From Planctomycetota bacterium (GTDB taxonomy: Bacteria; Planctomycetota; UBA1135; UBA2386), in NCBI GenBank assembly GCA_965223545.1, contig OZ245006.1, forward strand, positions 5,952,001-6,016,000: a stretch of DNA of 64,000 nucleotides, given 5' to 3'. Made by a program: the position numbers and the translations under genes. The notes beneath the pieces are model-generated. The model worked only from the letters and a program-made list of their open reading frames with translations, was not told where the DNA came from and did not search any database. Below, piece after piece: positions 20,080 to 28,832 of the stretch (positions are counted from its first letter, which is position 1; each line of letters starts with the position of its first letter).

Positions 20080-22956
20080 ATGCTGGTTCCGACCCTCTGT
20101 CTGCTCTCTTCTCTGCAGGGAAACCTCGTCCTGCCGCCTCGGCCGAAGCCCGCGGAGCCGGCGCGGGCGCAACAGCCCGAGCAGCTCTCCGAGTTCGAGC
20201 GCTATCACCGCGACGTGGTCGGCTTGCGGCGTTCGCTGCAGCTGTCGCGCGCCGCGCGCGATCTGCTGCTGGATGAGATCGGCGCGCGCTACGCCGACCC
20301 GGCCGCGCAGGCGCTGGTCGCGGCTCGCCGCGACCGCGAGGATCTGCTGTACGGGTCGCTGTTGGTGTTGGAGCGATTCGGTAGCGCGGAGCACGTCGAG
20401 GAGCTGCTCTATCTCGTGTTGACGCGGCCGCTCGGCGCGGCGACCCGGCAGGCGGTCGAAGTGGTGGCCCACTTGGCGGCTGAGCGGGGCAAGGAAACCC
20501 TGATGAACTGTCTGTCGGCGCGGTACGCCGGAGTGCGCAAGGCGGCGACCGACTTGTTGCTGGCGCGCATCGACAACACCGACCTCGATCGCGTGCTCGA
20601 GTTGTCGCGCAGCCAAGAAGACGACGTGCGGCGCAAGGCCCTCTACCTGCTGGGTGCGCTGCCGGCGCCGGCTTCGCAGGAGCGCTTGATCGAGGCGTTG
20701 CACGAGCGCGATTCGACGATTGCCTCGACCGCCTGCCGTTCGCTGGTGGCACACGGGCCGGAGGTGGCGCCGCGGCTGGTGGCGATCGTCAATCGACCCG
20801 CGCTCGGTCGCAATTTCGGCTACGCCGCGTTCGCGCTGACGATGCTCGAAGACCAGACTGGCTCCGAGCTGTTGACCGACAGCATGGTCGCCAATCTGCG
20901 GGTCGAGCTCACCGGCAACGACCCGTTCGGCCGGGCGACCGCGGCGCTGGCGCTGGCCAACTTGGCGTTCCGCAGCGACGATGCCCTGGGCGCGCGCTAC
21001 GGCGATCGCGACATCGTCGAAGGCCTGCTACTGGTGGTTGCGCCGCGCGCGTTCGTCTCCAACATCAGCATGCTGCAGCAGCCGGCGACGACCAAGCTGA
21101 CGCAGTTCACCGGTGTCGACATGAGCGGCCGCAACTCCGCTTGGCACGTCTGGTGGGAGAAGCAGCGCGGGCAGTTCGTCGGCAGCCGACTGGCGGTGGC
21201 GATCACCGCCGAGAGCGCCGCGCGCGCGACGCTCACCTGGGTCGGCGTCGATCACGAGTACCGCTTCTTCGGGGAAAGCGCCGAGTGGACGGACGCGTCG
21301 CTCGGCGACGAGGTGGATCGTTTCGTGCTCAGCGGAGCCGAACTCGACGCGCTGGTGCGTCGGTTGCGCGAGCTCGGCTTCATGACCACGGCGTTGCTGA
21401 CGACCGCGGCGGCCGAAGTGCTGCCCAGCGTGCGTTCGCTGCAGCTCGAGGTCGACGGTGCCCGCAGCAAGATCAGTGGGCCGGGTGCCGGGGCGCGATG
21501 GATGGACGCGTTCGCGGCGGAGATCGGCGCGGTGGTCCAGCGCGAGCGCTGGCAGCTGTACGCGGCCGCCACCGGTCGGGACGAGGTCCTGGAGTACTGG
21601 CGCAGCGAGCGCCAGTGGTTGGCGGACCACGAAGATCCGGTCGAACGCGAGCGCCGGCTGCTGGGCCGCGTGCTGGCGCGGTTGCCGGCGCTGGCTGGCG
21701 CCCGGCGCGAGCGGGCGATGCAGCACCTGATGGCGCTGGCCGTGACCGACGGCGTGATGCAGCGCGAGCACGGCGCGCAGATCGTCGAGCTGCTGCGGCG
21801 CAGAGAAGAGATCGATGCCCACGCCCTACAGCTGCTCGAAGCGGGCATGCTGGTGCCCGGCGGAGACTACTGGCGCGAGCTGCTCGCCGTGGTCGAAGAG
21901 CGCTATGACGCCGGCGGCAAGGAGGCGTTGCCCGGAGTGTTCGCCCTGTTGGGTGCCGAGCGCGTGCGATTGGCGATCGGCTCCGAGCGTCCGCGGCTGG
22001 CCGTCGCAGCGATGATCGAGGCCGCCAACCTGCGCGACCTCGGCGCCGTCGACGTGCTGTTGCCGCGGCTCGATGGGGACGACCCCGAAGTGGTGGAGGC
22101 GGCGATCTACGCGCTCGGCAGGATCGGCGCGCCCGCGGCGCGCCCGGTCTTGTTGGCGATGGAGACCGACCCGGAGGTCGAGATCAGGACGCGTCGCGTG
22201 ATCTGGGTCGCGCTCGCGCGGATCGGCGGCGACCGGGTGTTCGAGATCCTGCAGTCGGCGGTCGCGTCGCCGGCGCTCCCCGACCAGATGGCGGCGTTGC
22301 AGGCGCTGGGCGAGCTCGACGAGCTCCGCGCCGCGCACGTCCTCGCGCAAGTCCTCGTCTCGCACGGCATCAGCCCGCGCGGCACGCAGGCGATCGCGTC
22401 ATTGCAGAAAATGGGCGCGCTGCTCGCCGGACCCGCTCTGCGTCGGCACCTGGGCGTGCGCGATGCCCGGGTGCGGGGCGAGATCGTGCAGCTGTTGGCG
22501 GAGTTTCAGGATCCGACCGTGGTGCCGGACCTGATCGCGTTGCTGGAGGACGAGCCCGAGCGCACGCGCACGGTCTTGCTGCTGGCCGGCATCACCGGCG
22601 TCGACCTCGCGCAGCAGAACGACCGCGTCGCGTTCATGCGCGAGTGGTGGCGTTCGCACAAGGATCTGCCGCAGGGCGTGTGGTACCTCGAGTGCTTGCA
22701 GGCCAACCAGATCCCCACCGCTCTCGCGATCGACGATCTCGCGCCGAAGATCGGCTTCCGCGCCGTGCCCGAGCTGACGCGGGTGCTGCTCGAGACGCAC
22801 CTGCCCCACGTCCGCGTGATGACCGCGGCGATGCTGCGGGAGACCACCGCGCGCGACTTCGGACCGGTGTCGTTGGCGATGACGCCGAGCACGGTGCAGG
22901 CGCTCGCCGACCGCTACCGCTACTACGCCGACATCGAGCGTGGCGTCGGCCGGTGA
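20080..22956 (+). CDS. HEAT/PBS-lyase repeat protein, possibly exported
   Basis: Repeats such as DDVRRKALYLLG, PEVVEAAIYALGRIG, VVPDLIALLED; W..WW motifs; short hydrophobic N-terminus. Confidence 0.8.
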   Translation: MLVPTLCLLSSLQGNLVLPPRPKPAEPARAQQPEQLSEFERYHRDVVGLRRSLQLSRAARDLLLDEIGARYADPAAQALVAARRDREDLLYGSLLVLERFGSAEHVEELLYLVLTRPLGAATRQAVEVVAHLAAERGKETLMNCLSARYAGVRKAATDLLLARIDNTDLDRVLELSRSQEDDVRRKALYLLGALPAPASQERLIEALHERDSTIASTACRSLVAHGPEVAPRLVAIVNRPALGRNFGYAAFALTMLEDQTGSELLTDSMVANLRVELTGNDPFGRATAALALANLAFRSDDALGARYGDRDIVEGLLLVVAPRAFVSNISMLQQPATTKLTQFTGVDMSGRNSAWHVWWEKQRGQFVGSRLAVAITAESAARATLTWVGVDHEYRFFGESAEWTDASLGDEVDRFVLSGAELDALVRRLRELGFMTTALLTTAAAEVLPSVRSLQLEVDGARSKISGPGAGARWMDAFAAEIGAVVQRERWQLYAAATGRDEVLEYWRSERQWLADHEDPVERERRLLGRVLARLPALAGARRERAMQHLMALAVTDGVMQREHGAQIVELLRRREEIDAHALQLLEAGMLVPGGDYWRELLAVVEERYDAGGKEALPGVFALLGAERVRLAIGSERPRLAVAAMIEAANLRDLGAVDVLLPRLDGDDPEVVEAAIYALGRIGAPAARPVLLAMETDPEVEIRTRRVIWVALARIGGDRVFEILQSAVASPALPDQMAALQALGELDELRAAHVLAQVLVSHGISPRGTQAIASLQKMGALLAGPALRRHLGVRDARVRGEIVQLLAEFQDPTVVPDLIALLEDEPERTRTVLLLAGITGVDLAQQNDRVAFMREWWRSHKDLPQGVWYLECLQANQIPTALAIDDLAPKIGFRAVPELTRVLLETHLPHVRVMTAAMLRETTARDFGPVSLAMTPSTVQALADRYRYYADIERGVGR

Positions 22957-23390
22957 GACCGGCACTCGTGCTGGCGGCGCTCGCCGCGGCCTTCGCCGCC
23001 GCGTTTGCCGCCCAGCGGGCGCGCTCGGTGCTACTCGCGGTGGAGGACCGGGCGGACGAGGCGGCAACGATCGCGGCGGCCACCGGGCTGTTGCCCGTCG
23101 AGGTGCTGGCCTTGCTCGAGCTGCACGGAGGTGAGCTCGTCACCGGCGAGTGGCGGGCGCGGGCGGTCGAGCTGGCGGCGGCGGAGCGGGTCTACGGTCA
23201 CATCGCTCTGGCGGTCTTGGCGATCGGTGGCCAGGAGTCGTTGGCGACGAGGCTGCGCGCGGAGGCCGGCCCGGAGCCGGGGCGCATCGAGGCCGCGGTG
23301 CGCCGCGAACGGGCCGCGGTCGAGCGTGCGGTGCGCTTTCTCGAGACCGCGGCGCGCCTGGCCGACCGGCTGCCGTTGCCCCAGAGCTAG
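22953..23390 (+). CDS. Hypothetical protein with an N-terminal hydrophobic segment
   Basis: GTGA overlap with the HEAT gene stop; protein-like composition from VRPALVLAALAAAF onward. Confidence 0.55.
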   Translation: MRPALVLAALAAAFAAAFAAQRARSVLLAVEDRADEAATIAAATGLLPVEVLALLELHGGELVTGEWRARAVELAAAERVYGHIALAVLAIGGQESLATRLRAEAGPEPGRIEAAVRRERAAVERAVRFLETAARLADRLPLPQS

Positions 23391-23416
23391 AGCGCGCGGT
23401 TGCGCCGGGCGGCGGA

Positions 23417-23794
23417 TCACGGCGCCGGCAGGTCCCGCAACAGCGTGCGCAGCGAGGCCAGCTCGGGGCGCTCGGCGACCTGCTGCAGGGCGGCCAGGAA
23501 CCTGCGCTGCAGGGTGGCGATCTCGGCCGCGTGCCGGCGTTCGAGGCGCTGCCAGGCGGGGCCGCCCGAAAGCGCCGCGCGGCGCTTGGCCAGAGCGCGT
23601 GCCCGGGCGATCAGATCGGGGAGCCGCCGCTGCGCCGCGGCGACGTCGCCGCCGTCGCGGGACCGCTCGACCAGCTCGGTCATGGCACGCATCAACGCCA
23701 GGTGCTCGGCGTGCACGGTCGCGACTCCGTCGGAGCACGCCGCCGCGAGCAGCGCACCGGCGGTCGCCGCGAGACATCCGGCCGGGTGGGGCAT
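23417..23794 (-). CDS. Hypothetical small helical lipoprotein
   Basis: Lipobox-like LLAAAC after a hydrophobic stretch; fills the gap between flanking genes. Confidence 0.55.
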   Translation of the reverse strand: MPHPAGCLAATAGALLAAACSDGVATVHAEHLALMRAMTELVERSRDGGDVAAAQRRLPDLIARARALAKRRAALSGGPAWQRLERRHAAEIATLQRRFLAALQQVAERPELASLRTLLRDLPAP

Positions 23795-23894
23795 CGACGC
23801 CACGGTAGGGGAGCGTGGATCCGCTTGACAAGCGGTCCCACGAGGGCTGCATCGCAAGGGCCCGCGGCGAGGTAGACTTCAAACAACTGCAACC

Positions 23895-25433
23895 ATGCGC
23901 ACGACTCCGCTCGAACCCGACGAGAAACAGCGTCTTCTGCGCGCCAACCGCGAGCGCCTCGAGCGGGACATGATCAGCGGCCGGCTCGAGTTCGAGTCGA
24001 TGCCGCGGGTCGTCGATCTGCAGCTGTCCAACGTCTGCAACATGTCGTGCACGATGTGCTACGACGGCAACAACCCACCGGTGCAGAAGATGGACGAGGC
24101 CCTTGCCGAGCGGGTCTGTGCCGAGGTGTTGCCCACCGCCAGCGAGATCGTGCCGTTTGCCGGCAGCGAGCCGCTGATCTTCACCTGGGATCAGACCCGC
24201 AGTCTCGCCGAGCGCTATGCCGTCGAGCTCGACCTGATCACCAACGCCCAGTTCTTGGACGACGCCAAGTTCGACGAGCTGGAGCCGCACGTGACGCGCG
24301 TCACGTTTTCCATCGACAGCCACATGCGCGACGTCTACGAGCGCATCCGGCTGCGTTCCAAACCCGACAAGGTGTTCGCCAACTTGCCGCGGGCGGTGGC
24401 GCGCTGTCGTGAGCACGGCATCGAGCCGCAGGCCAACGTCGTGTTCATGGTGGAGAACGCCGCCTATCTGGAAGAGACCGTCGACTTCCTCGCCGCGCAG
24501 GGCTGCACCACGGTGCGGTTGTTGGCGTTCCACTTGCCGCCGGGTTTGGCTCCGCACCGCAAGTTCTCGGACCCGCTGCGCTACCTGCACCCCGATTGGC
24601 TTCAGTGGAAGATGGAGCAAGTGCGCGCCGTTGCGCGCCAGCGCCAGGTGCGCTTGATCTTCGAGGGGCAGCACCGCGAGGAGCACGACTTCCGACCCGC
24701 CGACCTCGAGCTTCGCCGGCGGCCGGACCACTCGGTCTGGGAGGAGCTCCGCCACTTCTATCCGGGCTACTGCATGCAGTCGGTCGACCGCGTGAAGATC
24801 CACGCCGACGGCACGGTCTACCCCTGCTGTGTCGCCGAGGGGGAGGATCTGGTGCTCGGCAACGTCAACGAGCGTGCCTTCGCCGACATCTGGAACGGGC
24901 CCCAAGCGCGTGATCTGCGCCGAGCGATGCTCACTCACGACCTCCCCGACGTGTGCAAGAGCTGCGGTTTCCACACGGCGTGGTTGTTGCCCGAGCGCGA
25001 TCACTTGCCAGTCGTCGATTGGTTCTACGAGCGCCACCAGCAGGGTGCCTTGCCAGCGGTGGAAGCCGAGCGGTGGCAGCTCTCACTCGAAGGGCCCGTG
25101 CACATGGCGCGGGCCGAGCAGCCGCCGACGTTCGCGTGGAGCGCCACCGGCGAGGCGGCCGGAACTCGATTCGACGCGTTCTTCGTGGTGCTGGGGGTGG
25201 GCGGGATCTTCCACGAACGCAACGTGGTCTTCGAAGTGGATGGCGGCGAGCGCTCGTTCACGCCGAGCACCGAGCAGTGGGCTGCGCTGTTGCCCAACAT
25301 CGGCCATTGGTGGACCGTGTGGGGCATCGTGCGCGCGCGGCCCGAGGACGCCGTCCGCGCCGGGACCCTGCGCTGCGTCGTGCGGCACCAGCCGATTCCA
25401 CGCGTCGCCGGCAGCACGCTGTACGGCGAGTGA
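23895..25433 (+). CDS. Radical SAM protein with a SPASM/twitch-like domain and an extra C-terminal domain
   Basis: CNMSCTMC (CxxxCxxC), AGSEPL, ITNA, FSIDS; YC..IHADGTVYPCC..LGNVNERAFADIWNG..CKSC. Confidence 0.9.
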   Translation: MRTTPLEPDEKQRLLRANRERLERDMISGRLEFESMPRVVDLQLSNVCNMSCTMCYDGNNPPVQKMDEALAERVCAEVLPTASEIVPFAGSEPLIFTWDQTRSLAERYAVELDLITNAQFLDDAKFDELEPHVTRVTFSIDSHMRDVYERIRLRSKPDKVFANLPRAVARCREHGIEPQANVVFMVENAAYLEETVDFLAAQGCTTVRLLAFHLPPGLAPHRKFSDPLRYLHPDWLQWKMEQVRAVARQRQVRLIFEGQHREEHDFRPADLELRRRPDHSVWEELRHFYPGYCMQSVDRVKIHADGTVYPCCVAEGEDLVLGNVNERAFADIWNGPQARDLRRAMLTHDLPDVCKSCGFHTAWLLPERDHLPVVDWFYERHQQGALPAVEAERWQLSLEGPVHMARAEQPPTFAWSATGEAAGTRFDAFFVVLGVGGIFHERNVVFEVDGGERSFTPSTEQWAALLPNIGHWWTVWGIVRARPEDAVRAGTLRCVVRHQPIPRVAGSTLYGE

Positions 25434-25481
25434 GCGCGCGACGAGACAAGCGCCGACCCCGCGAGTCTGCGAGACACGGAG

Positions 25482-26786
25482 TCAGAAATCCGGCGCCGGA
25501 GCGCCGGCTTCGCACTGCTGCAGGCGATCGCGCATGAACGCGCGTTCCGGCTCGCTGGCGACCAGCATCAGCGCCGCGCGCAGGGCCTCGGCTGCCGCGC
25601 TGTGATCGCCGATGGTCCAGAGCAGCTGCGCGCGGGTTGCGGGGAGCAGGGCGTAGTCGCGCAGGGCCGGCTCGCCGGTGAGCGCATCGAGCTCCCGCAG
25701 CGCGCGCTCCGCGCCTTCGACTTTGGCGACCGCGACCGCGCGGTTGAGGGCGGCCACCGGGCCGCCGCCGATGCGCAACAGCTGATCGTAGTGCGTCAGG
25801 ATGGTGCGCCAGTCGGTGGCATCGTAGGTCTGTGCGATCGCGTGACAGCTGGCGATGGCGGCCTCGACGTGGAACGTCGTCAGGTGTGGCCCGCCGATGG
25901 ACTGCTTGAAGTGGTGGAAGCCGCCCTGAATCGCGCCGCGGTCCCACCGCTTGCGATCCTGCTGGGAAAGGGTGAGGAGCTCGCCGAAGTCGTTGGTGCG
26001 GGCGGGGATGCGCGCCGCCAAGAAGAGCATCAGCGCCAGCAGTGCGTGGGCCTCGGCGGCTGGCGCGAGTGCGTCGGCGCACAGCAGATCGGCGAGCCGG
26101 ACGGCCTCGCGCACCAGATCGGTGCGCACCAGGTCCTGGCCGCTGTGGGCCCGGTAGCCCTCGTTGAACATCAGATACAACACGTCGAGCACCGCTTGGC
26201 GGCGCGGCGCAAGCTCGGTGCCGGACGGCATCTCGAAGCGCACGCCGCCCTCGCGCAGCTGGGCCTTGGCGCGCGACAACCGCTGGGCGACGGCCGACTC
26301 GCGCGCGAGCAGCGCCGCGGCGATCTCCGAGGTGCCGAAGCCGCCGACCATTTTCAGCGTCAGCGCGATGCGCGAGGCGTGCGACAGGCTCGGGTGGCAG
26401 CACATGAACATCATGCGCAGCGTGTCATCGGCGACTGCGTCGTCGGCGCCGGGCGTGGCCGCGGCACGCTGCCGCGTGCGCTCGACCAGTAGCGGTTCGG
26501 CGAGCGAGTGCAGCCGCTCGCGGCGCAGAGCGTCGGTCGCGAGCCGCCGCGCCACCACCGTCAGCCAGGCGCGGGGGTCGTCGGGGGTCCCCTCGTACGG
26601 CCAGAGCTTGACGGCGCGCAGCAGTGCATCCTGCACGACGTCCTCGATCAGCGACAGCCGGCCGGGACCGAGGTCGCGCGTCAGCCGCGCGACGAGCTGG
26701 CCGTACTGGCGCCGAAACAGGTCGTCGAGCAGAGGGCCGACGCGGTGGCCGCCGCTGCCGGCGGCAGCCTCGCCGGCTCGGCTCAC
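25482..26786 (-). CDS. ECF sigma factor with a C-terminal TPR-like extension (ECF42-type)
   Basis: GTG 26786 overlaps the YciI stop; IEDVVQDALL, DDTLRMMFMCCHPSL, QRLSRAK, YLMFNEGY, QDRKRWD, LNRAVA. Confidence 0.9.
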   Translation of the reverse strand: MSRAGEAAAGSGGHRVGPLLDDLFRRQYGQLVARLTRDLGPGRLSLIEDVVQDALLRAVKLWPYEGTPDDPRAWLTVVARRLATDALRRERLHSLAEPLLVERTRQRAAATPGADDAVADDTLRMMFMCCHPSLSHASRIALTLKMVGGFGTSEIAAALLARESAVAQRLSRAKAQLREGGVRFEMPSGTELAPRRQAVLDVLYLMFNEGYRAHSGQDLVRTDLVREAVRLADLLCADALAPAAEAHALLALMLFLAARIPARTNDFGELLTLSQQDRKRWDRGAIQGGFHHFKQSIGGPHLTTFHVEAAIASCHAIAQTYDATDWRTILTHYDQLLRIGGGPVAALNRAVAVAKVEGAERALRELDALTGEPALRDYALLPATRAQLLWTIGDHSAAAEALRAALMLVASEPERAFMRDRLQQCEAGAPAPDF

Positions 26787-27151
26787 TCCTCGGGCTGTCC
26801 CATGAAGTCGAGCTCGCGAATCTCGATGCTGCCGAAGCGGAAGTTCGGGTGGTCCTTGCAGAGCTTCGCGGCGTGCTCGTAGCTGTCGGCCTCGATCAGA
26901 TACACGCCGCCGACGACCTCTTTGGTCTCGGTGTACGGGCCGTCCTTGATCTGGACGTCGCCGCTGGCCTGCGGCTGCATCACGCAGCCGCCTTCGTCGG
27001 CGAGCTTGCGCCCCAGCTGGAGGCGCCCCTCGCTTTCCATCATGGCGCCCCAGGCGCCGTACCCCTCGATGATCTCTTGCATGTCCTGCGGGCTGAGATC
27101 GGAGAAGTCCTTCGTGATGTCGGTGCGGAGGATGAGGATGTACTTCGTCAT
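26783..27151 (-). CDS. YciI/DGPF family protein
   Basis: DGPYTETKEVVGGVYLIEA..IEIRE; immediately upstream of the ECF42-type sigma gene. Confidence 0.92.
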   Translation of the reverse strand: MTKYILILRTDITKDFSDLSPQDMQEIIEGYGAWGAMMESEGRLQLGRKLADEGGCVMQPQASGDVQIKDGPYTETKEVVGGVYLIEADSYEHAAKLCKDHPNFRFGSIEIRELDFMGQPEE

Positions 27152-27202
27152 TTCGGTGTTGCGATATGGTTGGGCCGGATCGTGTGTCCAGCATGCCCCA
27201 CG

Positions 27203-27229
27203 GACGGTTCGGCGGTGTCGGCTTCGACA
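27203..27229 (-). promoter_or_regulatory. Putative ECF42-type promoter TGTCGA-N17-CGTC
   Basis: Minus strand TGTCGA (27229-27224) and CGTC (27206-27203) upstream of the yciI-sigma operon; resembles the ECF42 consensus as I recall it. Confidence 0.6.
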
Positions 27230-27272
27230 CCGGTTTTCGCGGGATTGCGAAATCCGCCCGCCCGGAGGCCGG

Positions 27273-27289
27273 GTCCGAAAACCGCCAGC
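27273..27289. promoter_or_regulatory. Candidate Ada-binding site upstream of ada-alkA
   Basis: GTCCGAAAACCGCCAGC about 33 nt upstream of the start; resembles a motif I recall upstream of ada-alkA fusions, not verified. Confidence 0.35.
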
Positions 27290-27321
27290 ACCCCTGGCCG
27301 CGGCAGGTCATCGTCGAGCCC

Positions 27322-28767
27322 ATGAACGACGCCCAGTGCTACACCGCGCTGGCCGCGCGCGACGCGCGGTTCGATGGCCGCTTCTTCACGGCGGTGCGGA
27401 CGACGGGGGTGTTCTGCCGGCCGGTGTGCCCGGCGCGCACGCCGAAGCGTGAGAATGTCGAGTTCTTCTCATCGGCGGCCGCAGCCGCGGCGCGCGGCTA
27501 CCGCCCGTGCCTGCGCTGCCGGCCGGAGACCGCACCGGGGACACCGGCGTGGAACGGCAGTGCGGGGCAGGTCGACCGCGCCTTGCGCGCGATCGCCGAC
27601 GGTGCCCTCGACGAGGACGGCGTCGACGCCCTCGCCGCTCGGCTCGGCATCAGCAGCCGGCACCTCGGCCGCCTGTTTCGCCGCGAAGTGGGCGTGCCGC
27701 CGGGTGCGGTGGCGCGCACCCGGCGCTTGCTGTTCGCGGCCCAGCTGCTGGCGGAGACGTCGCTGCCGGTGACCCGAGTTGCGCATGCCTCGGGCTTTCG
27801 CAGTGTGCGTCGGTTCAACGAAGCCCTGCGCGAGACCTACGGGCGGAGCCCCACCGATCTGCGCCGGCAGCGTCGGCTGGTGCCGGCGGCGGAGGGACGC
27901 GTCGCGCTGCGGTTGACCGCGCGTCCACCCTTCGCGTGGGAGCCGTTGTTTGCCTATCTGCGCACGCGCGCCATCGCCGGCGTGGAGGAGGTCGGCGACG
28001 CCCACTACGCGCGTACGTTCGACGTGGATGGCGTGCGCGGAGTGCTCGTCGTGCGGCCGTTGCCCGATGCGGCCGGCGTGTCGCTGGAGCTGCCCGCGGC
28101 GGCGACCCGGGCGCTGCGACCGTTGGTGCGGCGAGTGCGCCGCTTGTTCGACCTGGACGCCACGCCGGCACCGATCGCCGGCCACCTGGGCCGGGACCCC
28201 GAGCTCGCGCCGTGGCTGCGCGCGTGGCCGGGGCTGCGGGTGCCGGGCGCGTTCGATCGAACCGAGCTGGTGGTGCGCGCGATTCTCGGCCAACAGGTCA
28301 CGGTTGCCGGCGCCACGACCCTCGCCGCGCGCGTGGCCGACGCCCACGGGGTCGCCATCGAGGAGCCCGGTTGGCCGAGCCTGCGTCGCGCCTTCCCCGG
28401 TGCGGACCGATTGCGCGGGGTCGACTTCGCCGGGGTCGGCGTGCCGCGCGCGCGGCGCCGGGCGCTCTGCGCCGCGGTCCGTGTGTGTGCGGAGCCGGCG
28501 CCGGCGGACCGAACCCTGGAAGACGTGGTCGCGCGATGGACGGCGTTGCCCGGCATCGGGCCGTGGACCGCGCAGTACATCGCGCTGCGGGCGGAGCGGC
28601 ACCCCGACGCTTGGCCGGCGGGCGATCTCGTGCTGTGCCGGCAGCTCCGCCTCGCCACTGCGGCGGAAGCCGAGCGGCGCGCGCACGCGTGGCGGCCGTG
28701 GCGGGCGTACGCCGCGGTGTACTGCTGGCAGGCAGTCTCGGCGTCGCTCGATGCCGCCCGGCCGTAA
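27322..28767 (+). CDS. alkA: Ada Zn-binding/AraC HTH fused to DNA-3-methyladenine glycosylase II
   Basis: RDARFDGRFF..TTGVFCRPVC, RPCLRCRPE, SGFRSVRRFN, RRLFDLD, RAILGQQVTV, LPGIGPWTAQY, WRPWRAYA. Confidence 0.93.
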   Translation: MNDAQCYTALAARDARFDGRFFTAVRTTGVFCRPVCPARTPKRENVEFFSSAAAAAARGYRPCLRCRPETAPGTPAWNGSAGQVDRALRAIADGALDEDGVDALAARLGISSRHLGRLFRREVGVPPGAVARTRRLLFAAQLLAETSLPVTRVAHASGFRSVRRFNEALRETYGRSPTDLRRQRRLVPAAEGRVALRLTARPPFAWEPLFAYLRTRAIAGVEEVGDAHYARTFDVDGVRGVLVVRPLPDAAGVSLELPAAATRALRPLVRRVRRLFDLDATPAPIAGHLGRDPELAPWLRAWPGLRVPGAFDRTELVVRAILGQQVTVAGATTLAARVADAHGVAIEEPGWPSLRRAFPGADRLRGVDFAGVGVPRARRRALCAAVRVCAEPAPADRTLEDVVARWTALPGIGPWTAQYIALRAERHPDAWPAGDLVLCRQLRLATAAEAERRAHAWRPWRAYAAVYCWQAVSASLDAARP

Positions 28768-28832
28768 TCGCGTCCGTTCCACCGTCGTGTTCCGGGAGCG
28801 TCCGGCGCCGGCCGTCGTCGTGGTCGTCATTC

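Noticed and set aside
23825..23830. Perfect TTGACA as a sigma-70 -35 box
   Set aside because: No credible -10 element at 16-18 nt spacing; kept only as part of a palindrome
27507..28832. N-terminal extension making a 1302-aa ORF
   Set aside because: Overlaps ada-alkA in another frame; protein-like sequence begins at ATG 28833
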